Positions 9,839-17,533 of a stretch of 31,256 nucleotides of DNA are shown piece after piece. The notes under the pieces are model-generated. The model had not been told where the DNA came from. It worked only from the letters and a program-made list of their open reading frames with translations, and did not search any database. A program made the translations under genes and the position numbers. The stretch comes from Candidatus Nanopelagicales bacterium (lineage in GTDB: Bacteria > Actinomycetota > Actinomycetes > S36-B12). The stretch's first letter is position 1. The number at the start of each line of letters is the position of its first letter. The stretch spans positions 1 to 31,256 of the forward strand of contig JBILVH010000001.1 of NCBI GenBank assembly GCA_044370555.1. Direction: 5' to 3'.

Positions 9839-10792
9839 TCAGGCCCGCGACCGCCGGGACGCCGTGACGATGAGCAGGATGCCGACCACCAGGAGCACGA
9901 TGCCCACGATGAGTCCCACGAGGGGCACGGTCGACCCGAGAAGCTTGATGAGATTGGCGTTCGACGAGGCGAACTCCACACCGCGCTTGACCTCGTCGGG
10001 GGTGGTCCCGATCTCCGCCTCCACGATCGTGAGGGCGTCGGTCCCAGCCGGACCGCGCAGGGTTTGCTTCTGGATCGACAGACCCTTCACGATCGCCCCG
10101 GTCGTCGGCTCGACCCACAGGGTCAGGTCGATCGTGTAGAACTGCGGCGCTACGTACACGGGGTCGGTCGCACCTACGAGTTCACCGGGCACTTCGCGCT
10201 CGCCGGTCTGGAGCGGTCCCTCGGCGATCTTGTACACGTAGACCTCGAGGCCCTCCACAGTCTCCACACCCGAGTACTTCGCGTTGACCGGCGCCCCGAT
10301 CGAACCGTCGAAGTAGGGGTAATCCTTGGCCTGGGTGAACATGGGGAACTTCACCGGCACGATCCCGGAGAAGTTGACCTCCTGCTCGTTGTCGTTCGCG
10401 CCGCAGCAGTTCACCATCTCGGAGGTCACGCGGTTGAAGGCGTACCGTGCGGTGCTCGCGGTCAACAGTGCGCCGGTGTTGTCCTCCACACGCTGGAACG
10501 TGTCGTAGATGGCCACATCCTGGGCCAGCGCGGCGGGTTCCTGCGAGCCGGGTACGTCGCCCCGGGTGTAGCGGGTCGCGGTCACCGGCACGTCGGTGCG
10601 CTCGCTCAGCGTGCTCACGTCGAAGAACTTGTAGGCGATACCGGCCTGCTCGGTCTTCGTCACGCCACCCGTGCTCTCACCGGGCGACAGCGGCGCCTTC
10701 GCGAGGGCCGGCAGTGCGAAGAATCGCAGTGACGCGGCGAGCACGAGCAGGAACGCTGCTACCCCCATGAGGATGATCCCGAGGACGCGCAT
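9839..10792 (-). CDS. DUF3068 (Rv0227c-like) membrane-anchored protein
   Basis: N-terminal TM, NCCG, KFPMFT.K.YPYFD, LWVEP.TG.IV, C-terminal TM; ATG at 10792 with GGAGG. Confidence 0.8.
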   Translation of the reverse strand: MRVLGIILMGVAAFLLVLAASLRFFALPALAKAPLSPGESTGGVTKTEQAGIAYKFFDVSTLSERTDVPVTATRYTRGDVPGSQEPAALAQDVAIYDTFQRVEDNTGALLTASTARYAFNRVTSEMVNCCGANDNEQEVNFSGIVPVKFPMFTQAKDYPYFDGSIGAPVNAKYSGVETVEGLEVYVYKIAEGPLQTGEREVPGELVGATDPVYVAPQFYTIDLTLWVEPTTGAIVKGLSIQKQTLRGPAGTDALTIVEAEIGTTPDEVKRGVEFASSNANLIKLLGSTVPLVGLIVGIVLLVVGILLIVTASRRSRA

Positions 10793-10884
10793 GGAGCCTC
10801 CAGTCGACGAACGTGGGGCCACCGTAGGGCATCCGGCGGGCTAGTGCACGCATGTTGGCCACTAGGACCGCGGAACTCCCCGGG

Positions 10885-11688
10885 TCACTGGGTGCGCGAG
10901 GGGTGGGCTGCTGGCGGCCCCTCGCAGCGACGCAGGGCAAGCGCCACGTTCCAGGCCGCCACCTCGCGCAGACCCGGGACCCGCATGATGGGCGCCGCCC
11001 ACCACGGCAGGTACCGGGGGATGACGTCGAGGATCTGCACGTCGGGCCGGGCACGGGCCCAGGTCAGCCCCTGGGCCACCGTGGCGGCGAAGAGCGACTG
11101 CCCGAACCGGTTCTTGGGCGGTAGACCGTGTCGCCGTTGATAGAGCCGGGCAGCGAGGTCCCCACCAAGCAGGTGCCACGGAGCAGTCTCGTGCCCACCC
11201 CACGGCCCCCACCACAGCGTGTAGGAGCAGAACACCACGCCGCCCACCCGGGTGACGCGGACCATCTCGTCCAGCATGGCGATCGGATCGGGGACGTGTT
11301 CTAGGACGTTCGAGGAGTAGCAGATATCGAAGGCACCGTCACGGAACGGCAGCGCCATGCCCGAACCCTGGACCGTGCGTGGGCCCGGCGTCCGGCCGTG
11401 CAAGGCGAGTTCGCCGGCGTCGGCATCGAGGGGGATGTATGTCGCGCCGGCTGCGGTGAACGCGTCGGCGAAATATCCCGGCCCGCCACCGACATCGAGC
11501 ATGCGCGCCCCGCGCAGGCGGGTGAACCCAGCGAGTTGCCATGCGGAGTCCTCAGCGAGGGTCCCGTAGAAGTAATCGGGATCGGACTGCTCCCGCAGGA
11601 ACGCCCGGAAGAGCCGCACCGACCGGCTCAGGGTCGCGCCGCGGAGGCCGTGTGGTGACGCGGGGTCACCCGCCTGTCGCAACTGCAC
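10885..11688 (-). CDS. Class I SAM-dependent methyltransferase (Rv0224c/MtrP-like)
   Basis: EQSDPD.FY, LDVGGGPGYF, LPF.D..FD..YSSNVLEHV, PWGGHET, PKNRFG.SLF. Confidence 0.88.
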   Translation of the reverse strand: MQLRQAGDPASPHGLRGATLSRSVRLFRAFLREQSDPDYFYGTLAEDSAWQLAGFTRLRGARMLDVGGGPGYFADAFTAAGATYIPLDADAGELALHGRTPGPRTVQGSGMALPFRDGAFDICYSSNVLEHVPDPIAMLDEMVRVTRVGGVVFCSYTLWWGPWGGHETAPWHLLGGDLAARLYQRRHGLPPKNRFGQSLFAATVAQGLTWARARPDVQILDVIPRYLPWWAAPIMRVPGLREVAAWNVALALRRCEGPPAAHPSRTQ

Positions 11689-11723
11689 ACCTGAACGGTA
11701 GTCCCGCCGCTACTCTCGCCGAC
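11689..11723. promoter_or_regulatory. Back-to-back leaderless promoters for the methyltransferase and GT4
   Basis: TACCGT (-, 11695-11700) 6 nt before GTG; TACTCT (+, 11711-11716) 7 nt before ATG; no SD on either side. Confidence 0.55.
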
Positions 11724-12917
11724 ATGGTTGACCCCGGTGAGGCGAGGCGTCCGCTGCGCGTCGTGTTCCTCAACTGGCGTGATACGTCGAACCCCGAGGG
11801 CGGGGGCTCCGAGGTCTACGTGGAGACGATCGCCGAGGGACTCGCCCGCCGCGGCCACGTCGTGACCATCGGGTGCGCCGAGCATGTGCGAGGGGACCGG
11901 GTCGAAGTGCGCTCGGGCGTGACTCTGCGCCGACAGGGCACGAAGTGGAGTGTCTACCCGAAGGCGGCCCGCTCCCTTCGCCGCGGGGACTTCGGAGCCG
12001 TGGACGTCGTGGTCGACGTGCAGAACGGCATCCCGTTCTGCACGCCCCTGGCCTCCCGTGCGCCCGTGGTCGTACTCGTCCACCACGTGCATCGCGAGCA
12101 GTGGCCCGTCATCTACGGTCCGGTGCGATCGCGGATCGGCTGGTGGATCGAGTCGCGCTTTGCCCCCCGGGTGTACCGGTCCGCTTCCTATGTGGCGGTC
12201 TCGGAGCGCACGCGATCCGAACTGGCCGGCCTCGGCATTGCTCCCGAGCGCATCGAGGTCATCCACAACGGAACGACCATTCCGTCGGCCGCTTCCACGC
12301 CACCAAGTCCGACCCCACTCGTGCTGGCACTCGGTCGGCTGGTGCCCCACAAGCGCGTCGAGCACGCCATCGACGAGGTTGCGCGCCTGCGTCCCAGACT
12401 GCCGGGCATCCGGCTGGCGATCGTCGGCGATGGCTGGTGGCGTCCAGAACTCGATGCGCACGTGGAACGTCTCGGTGTGTCGGACATCGTGGACTTCCAC
12501 GGCCATGTGGACGAGGAGTCCAAGGACCGACTTCTCCGGCAGGCGTGGGTCCTCGCCCTCCCCTCGCTCAAGGAGGGCTGGGGGCTCGTCGTGATGGAAG
12601 CCGCCGCGCGCGGTACACCCACAGTGGCGTACGCCGATGCGGGCGGCGTGGCCGAGTCGATCGTCCATGGGCGCACGGGCCTCCTGGCCACCGACCGCGC
12701 TTCCTACGCCGACAACCTGGAGGCGGTGCTCAGCGACGCGACGCTGCGGGAGCGACTCGGGGCCCGGGCACGCGCGTACTCCGAGAGTTTCGACTGGGAA
12801 CGATCAGTGGCAGCCTTCGAGGCGCACCTGGAGCGGCGGGTCGGCCAATCGCGTGCCGGACATGCTGCGCCAGCGCCCGAGCGCCTGGTTGGTTCGGTGG
12901 ATCAGCTGTTGCCGTAG
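11724..12917 (+). CDS. Glycosyltransferase family 4 (Rv0225-like)
   Basis: LNWRD..NPEGGGSEVY, DVQNGIPF, VHHVHREQW, GRLVPHKRVE, PSLKEGWGLVVMEAA; start taken as ATG 11724. Confidence 0.9.
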   Translation: MVDPGEARRPLRVVFLNWRDTSNPEGGGSEVYVETIAEGLARRGHVVTIGCAEHVRGDRVEVRSGVTLRRQGTKWSVYPKAARSLRRGDFGAVDVVVDVQNGIPFCTPLASRAPVVVLVHHVHREQWPVIYGPVRSRIGWWIESRFAPRVYRSASYVAVSERTRSELAGLGIAPERIEVIHNGTTIPSAASTPPSPTPLVLALGRLVPHKRVEHAIDEVARLRPRLPGIRLAIVGDGWWRPELDAHVERLGVSDIVDFHGHVDEESKDRLLRQAWVLALPSLKEGWGLVVMEAAARGTPTVAYADAGGVAESIVHGRTGLLATDRASYADNLEAVLSDATLRERLGARARAYSESFDWERSVAAFEAHLERRVGQSRAGHAAPAPERLVGSVDQLLP

Positions 12918-13102
12918 ACCACGTACGGCGCGTCAACCGCTGGCGGAAGCGCGCCAACAACACTCACGATCCCGAATGTCCCGAGGATGGCAACGACACC
13001 ACCCGCGACGACGGAAACGATCGGCCACACCACGCTGCTGTTTTTCTTGACGTCGATGAACGCGTCGCCGCCGTTTCCGCCGTTGCCTGAGTGATACGAC
13101 AT
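12902..13102 (-). CDS. Small single-TM protein, DUF2613 (Rv0236A)-like
   Basis: GGAGG 4 nt before ATG; hydrophobic VSVVAGGVVAILGTFGIVSVV; C-terminal YVVYGNS resembles VEYGNRS; cluster context. Confidence 0.65.
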   Translation of the reverse strand: MSYHSGNGGNGGDAFIDVKKNSSVVWPIVSVVAGGVVAILGTFGIVSVVGALPPAVDAPYVVYGNS

Positions 13103-13123
13103 TTCGCCTCCGTGCCTGGGTGA

Positions 13124-14875
13124 CTACGCGGACCCTAGCAGCCCCGGTCGGGCCATGCGCCGTCTTATCCGAATGCGCCGCGCCAGAATCGAAACGGCAA
13201 TTCCGGCAACCGTGCCCGCCGCCACGAGGTTTGCGGCGTAGATGTGCCACCGGGCGCCGTCGGGCAAGGGCGGCGCAGGCTCGCCGAGTCGGGCCAGCAC
13301 CAGATCCCTACCGCGATACACCACCGAGCCGGTCGGCGGTAGCGAGCCGGGGCCCGACCAGGTCTGCGCCCCCGGCTGCCCGAGCGCCCACAGCGCCCAC
13401 CCGATGCCCAGGCCTCGGAGGTCCTCCAGAGGGGCGCCGGCAGCCACCAGCGCGTCCACCTCGCGAGAAGCGGGGTCGTCTCCGGGGACCCGCACCAGCG
13501 TTCCGTCACGGGTGCGGACGAGGAGTGCGGTGTCCGTCACCACGGTGCGGTCAAACCACCGGGGCGCGGGGTCGAGCAGGGTTCGATCGTCGTTGAAGTC
13601 GTAGCGGCGGAATGTCGACCAGGGCAGCGAGACCACGTCACCGGGCCCGCTCTCCGGGGCGTTGAGAATTGCTCGCACGGCATACCAGTCCGCCGGATAC
13701 TCGACGGCGGTCAGCCGCCCCGACACGCCCCAGACCGCGTCGGGCATCGAGGCGATCGGCACCAGCGCGAAGAGGGCGGCGAGGCCCACCCGGGTGCTCC
13801 GCTCCGCAGACCGCCCAGCCGCGCGGGCGGCCAGCACACCCAGGGCGACCGCCAGGAGCAGGGCGAGTGGTCCCAGTGCCTTCTGCGCATCACGCAGGAG
13901 GACCGCGCCCGGGATCTCCTGGAATGCGGCGACACGTGGGCTGATGACGGACACGCCTAGGCCCGCGAGGCCGAGGCCAGACCACCAACCCACCGGCCAG
14001 CGCCCGAGTCGGCGGGCAAGGGCTGGCACCATCGCTGCTCCCGCGGCGAACACTGTGAGCGCGATAACGGGGGCGGACCACCACCCACGGGAGGCCGGGA
14101 CCGCATCGGCATTCCAGATGCCGCCGAGGCCGAGCGCCGTCAGGACCGCACCCCATGGTCCTTCCGCACGAAGGCCGAACACCCCTTCCCCGGTATCGGA
14201 GGGCACGCCGACGGACCCGATCCGACTGAGGGTCGGTACGAGCCAGGGCAGGTTCACACAAACCACACCCAGGAGTGCCGGAAGGCTCCGCCGCGGGCGG
14301 ACCCCGACTAGAAGGGGGAGTGCGACCAGTGCCACTCCGACCCCTCCGAACGGTGTCAGGGCACCGACTGCACACCAGAGCACCAGGGCCGCGGCCCCCG
14401 GACGACCAGCGCGCAGGTCAAGGGCGGCACGGATCGCCCAGGGCGCGGCAGCGTAGGCCAGCAGCAAGCTCCAGTGGCCGATGACCAGACGTTCGACGAC
14501 GAAGGGGTTCCAGATCGCGAAGGTGGCGGCTACAACGCCCGCGAGCCGGGGTGACGTCGGAGCCGCAACCGCTGCGATACGCGCACACCCAACCCCAGCC
14601 AGAACTAGTGCTGCCAAGAGGGCGACCTTCTGGATAGCCCAGCCGGGCACCGCGTAGCCGAGGACGGACAGGACAGTGTCCTGCGGGACGGAACGCGGCC
14701 ACCCGCCCTCCAGCCCGAGCATCCACGGTTGGAGGAACTCGCGCGGTGTGAAGACCATGTCGAACGACAGCGCGTAGCCCGGCCCGAGCGCGGGTCCGAG
14801 GAGTGCGATCGCGAGCACAACGGGCCACGCGACGACTATCCACACGAGGTTGCAGTCTGCCCTGCCACGCCGCAT
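13124..14875 (-). CDS. Polytopic membrane protein, Rv0226c/MmpA-like (GT-C-like architecture)
   Basis: FDMVFTPR, PRSVPQD, WNPFVVERLVIGHWSLLLAYAAAPW, GGIWNADAVP, YPADWY, LPWSTFRRY.FN, LDP.PR. Start uncertain (ATG 14875 or GTG 14845). Confidence 0.75.
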   Translation of the reverse strand: MRRGRADCNLVWIVVAWPVVLAIALLGPALGPGYALSFDMVFTPREFLQPWMLGLEGGWPRSVPQDTVLSVLGYAVPGWAIQKVALLAALVLAGVGCARIAAVAAPTSPRLAGVVAATFAIWNPFVVERLVIGHWSLLLAYAAAPWAIRAALDLRAGRPGAAALVLWCAVGALTPFGGVGVALVALPLLVGVRPRRSLPALLGVVCVNLPWLVPTLSRIGSVGVPSDTGEGVFGLRAEGPWGAVLTALGLGGIWNADAVPASRGWWSAPVIALTVFAAGAAMVPALARRLGRWPVGWWSGLGLAGLGVSVISPRVAAFQEIPGAVLLRDAQKALGPLALLLAVALGVLAARAAGRSAERSTRVGLAALFALVPIASMPDAVWGVSGRLTAVEYPADWYAVRAILNAPESGPGDVVSLPWSTFRRYDFNDDRTLLDPAPRWFDRTVVTDTALLVRTRDGTLVRVPGDDPASREVDALVAAGAPLEDLRGLGIGWALWALGQPGAQTWSGPGSLPPTGSVVYRGRDLVLARLGEPAPPLPDGARWHIYAANLVAAGTVAGIAVSILARRIRIRRRMARPGLLGSA

Positions 14876-14930
14876 TTAGGGTGTCGACATCCGAACACCG
14901 TCCCTCACCGTTCTCAGCGGCACCGCAGCG

Positions 14931-16106
14931 GTGGCGCTCGGTCTGGCGCTCGCCCAGATCGCGGGCTACGCCCAGACCGTGGTCGCTGCCCGAGCGCTCG
15001 GGGCCGCCGACTTCGGCGCGTTCGCGGCCCTGCTCGGGTTGTTGCTCATCGGGTCGGTGATCGGGGCCGGTTTCCAGGCCGCCGGTGCCCGCCGCCTCGT
15101 GGGTGCCGCCGAGCGTGCTCCGGCTGGTGCGCGTCACCTCATGCGCACCGTCGCGCTGGCCGCCATCATCGTGGGCGCGATCGCCCTCACACTCACGCCC
15201 ATCGTGACCCCGCTCCTAGGGTTGCCGACCGTGGCCGCGATGCCGCTCATCGCCCTGGCCATGGTCCCGGTCACGCTGACCGGCGCACAGTACGGGATAG
15301 CCCAGGGGCGCGAGCGTCTCTACGCACTCGGGGCGGTGTACGCGGTTGCAGGGCTCGGCAAGGGCGTCGGCGGGCTGACCGGCGCACTCCTCACCGGGAC
15401 GCTGACCGGCGCACTCATCGGCCTCTGCCTCGGTGCGTGGGTTGCCATCGCGGTCGGGGCGCTGATCATCCGCCCACTCGTTGGCGCGCGGGGCGCGACC
15501 CTCGGTCCCGGACTACGGACGGAGGCGCTGCACGCGGCGCACGCGCTCGCAGCGCTGTACGTGCTCACCAACGTTGACGTCATCCTCGCCCGCGCCCTCC
15601 TGCCCGCCGTGGACTCCGGCGGGTATGCCGTGGGTGCGATCGTCGCGAAGATCGCCTTCTGGCTGCCGCAGTTCATCATCGTGGCCGCATTTCCCCGGCT
15701 GTCCGACGAGCGCCGTGGCCGGGCGCTGCAGGTGGCCGTGGCCGCGACAGCCGCGGTCGGCGCTGTCGTCACGGTGATCGCGGCCGCGTTCCCCGGGATG
15801 ATTGTGCGCATCGTCGGCGGGCCGGACTACGCCTTCATGTCCGATACGGTCTGGCTGTTCGCGGTGGCCGGGTCCGCTTTTGCCCTGGCTCAGACGCTGG
15901 TCTTCGCCAGGATCGCGATGGCCGACCGCCGCACGGTCGTCGCGGTGTGGGCCAGCGCTGCGGTCGTGGTCGTCGGATCCCTCGCCGCCCCTCGCACGAC
16001 GACGGGCGTGGTGCTGTCAGCCATTGCCGGCGGAATCACCCTCTGCGTGCTCGGTCTCGGCCTTCAGTTCACGACCCGTCGACGCGCGGCCACGGACCGG
16101 GCGTGA
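14931..16106 (+). CDS. Wzx/MATE-like polysaccharide-biosynthesis flippase-type membrane protein
   Basis: About 12 hydrophobic segments; ARALGAADFGAFAALL; G.AQG.ER; DVILARALL...SGGYAVG...KIAFWLPQF...AFPRLS. The open frame extends upstream past an in-frame ATC at 14889 to a TAG at 14877. Confidence 0.7.
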   Translation: MALGLALAQIAGYAQTVVAARALGAADFGAFAALLGLLLIGSVIGAGFQAAGARRLVGAAERAPAGARHLMRTVALAAIIVGAIALTLTPIVTPLLGLPTVAAMPLIALAMVPVTLTGAQYGIAQGRERLYALGAVYAVAGLGKGVGGLTGALLTGTLTGALIGLCLGAWVAIAVGALIIRPLVGARGATLGPGLRTEALHAAHALAALYVLTNVDVILARALLPAVDSGGYAVGAIVAKIAFWLPQFIIVAAFPRLSDERRGRALQVAVAATAAVGAVVTVIAAAFPGMIVRIVGGPDYAFMSDTVWLFAVAGSAFALAQTLVFARIAMADRRTVVAVWASAAVVVVGSLAAPRTTTGVVLSAIAGGITLCVLGLGLQFTTRRRAATDRA

Positions 16107-17502
16107 ACAGGGGCGAGTAGCCGCTGTCGTCGCCCAGCGCCTGCTCCGCTGTACGGCTGCCCGGGTAGCGGCCCTCCCGGATCCATCCGTCTAGGAGGTC
16201 AATGGCTCCGATGCGCGATGCCGGAGTGAAATTGCAGTGCCCCGCTCCGTACGGCGCCCCGGGGTCGGTGGGATAGGTCGGCGGGGCCGTCGTGAACAGT
16301 TGCACCAGATCGGCCGACGCCTGGCCACCGTCGACCGCCGCGTCGTACCGCGCCCGGTACCGGGACTGGTTCTGCGCGATGACCAGCGGATCAGCCGCCG
16401 TGTGCACGGTGATCATCGGAACCCGTAGTCCCCCGGTCGGCGACCCGCCACGGTCCGCCGCCGCGGTGCGAGCAACCGCGTCACTCGTGACGCGATCCCC
16501 GGCAGCCAATTTCGCGAGCAGTCGTTCGGCGGTGCCCTCGCCCCCGAACGTATCGATGGTGGCCCGCTCGGCGGGGGTGATTCGCACTCCGTAGTCGAGG
16601 CCCGCGTTATCCGAGATATTGCCCCCGAAGCGCGACTCCACGTCAGCGCGACCCACGGTCCCGTACGCGAGCGCGGTGAGCAGCGACTCGACTGATCCGG
16701 CGACCAGACTCGTCGCACTTGCGCCGTCGAACTGCCCGGTCTGCCGGGGTGCGTCGACCACGGCGGCGACGGTGAGGATCGCGGCAATCGCATCGGTATC
16801 GACCGACCGCGCTCCCTCGACCAGGGTGCTCGCGGCCTTCTCCCACTCCAACAGCGCCTCGGTGTAGGACGTGAAGCCGGTGATCTTCAAGCCGGGGTAG
16901 AGCAGTTCGCGGATGGCGTACGTGGTGTCCAGTGCCAGGTCGAAGTTATCCACGGCACCCGCCATCACCCCGCAGAGTGACAGCGCGCCGTCGACCCACT
17001 CCGCGTCCTGTTCGGCGAGCACGGCGGTCACCAAGCCGCCGAGCGAGTCGCCCCAGACGTAGACGCGCTCCGGAACAGCGATCGTGTCGGCGAAGTAGCG
17101 GTGCAGGTCACGAGCCGCCTGGACGCCCTCCTCGACCGCCCAGCCATTGGCCGAGTAGGCCGAACCGGCGAGGGCGAAGCCGCGCTCTAGGAGCGCGTTC
17201 CCCACCTCCCGCTGCTCGGAGTCCCAACCGGGCGCGGGAACCGCCGTGTCCGGCACCGTCTCGAAGAACGGCGGGAATGGCTCCTCGGGCCGGTAGCCGT
17301 GGGAGTAGATCAACAACGTGCCATTCCACGTCTCCGGCAGGACGATCTCGAACTTCGCCCCCTCGATACTGCCCGTGCAGGAGACAGTCGAACAGTCGGG
17401 GAGAGCCCGGGCAGCCCCCGGAGCCTCCGCGCTCGGCGAGGTGCAGGCGAGCGTCCCCATCGTGAGACACGCGACCGCTCCAACGACGACGCGACGACGC
17501 AT
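16069..17502 (-). CDS. Exported (possibly lipoprotein) alpha/beta hydrolase
   Basis: Signal MRRRVVVGAVACLTMGTLA-C; HGY oxyanion region, WGDSLGG nucleophile elbow, HTAADPLV, GAGHCNF. Confidence 0.75.
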   Translation of the reverse strand: MRRRVVVGAVACLTMGTLACTSPSAEAPGAARALPDCSTVSCTGSIEGAKFEIVLPETWNGTLLIYSHGYRPEEPFPPFFETVPDTAVPAPGWDSEQREVGNALLERGFALAGSAYSANGWAVEEGVQAARDLHRYFADTIAVPERVYVWGDSLGGLVTAVLAEQDAEWVDGALSLCGVMAGAVDNFDLALDTTYAIRELLYPGLKITGFTSYTEALLEWEKAASTLVEGARSVDTDAIAAILTVAAVVDAPRQTGQFDGASATSLVAGSVESLLTALAYGTVGRADVESRFGGNISDNAGLDYGVRITPAERATIDTFGGEGTAERLLAKLAAGDRVTSDAVARTAAADRGGSPTGGLRVPMITVHTAADPLVIAQNQSRYRARYDAAVDGGQASADLVQLFTTAPPTYPTDPGAPYGAGHCNFTPASRIGAIDLLDGWIREGRYPGSRTAEQALGDDSGYSPLFTPGPWPRVDGS

Positions 17503-17533
17503 GTCCCGCAGTCTCGCAGAACAAGACACGCGA

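Noticed and set aside
13065-13090. GNGGNGG motif reminiscent of PE_PGRS repeats
   Set aside because: Only two units in a small protein; not a true repeat family.
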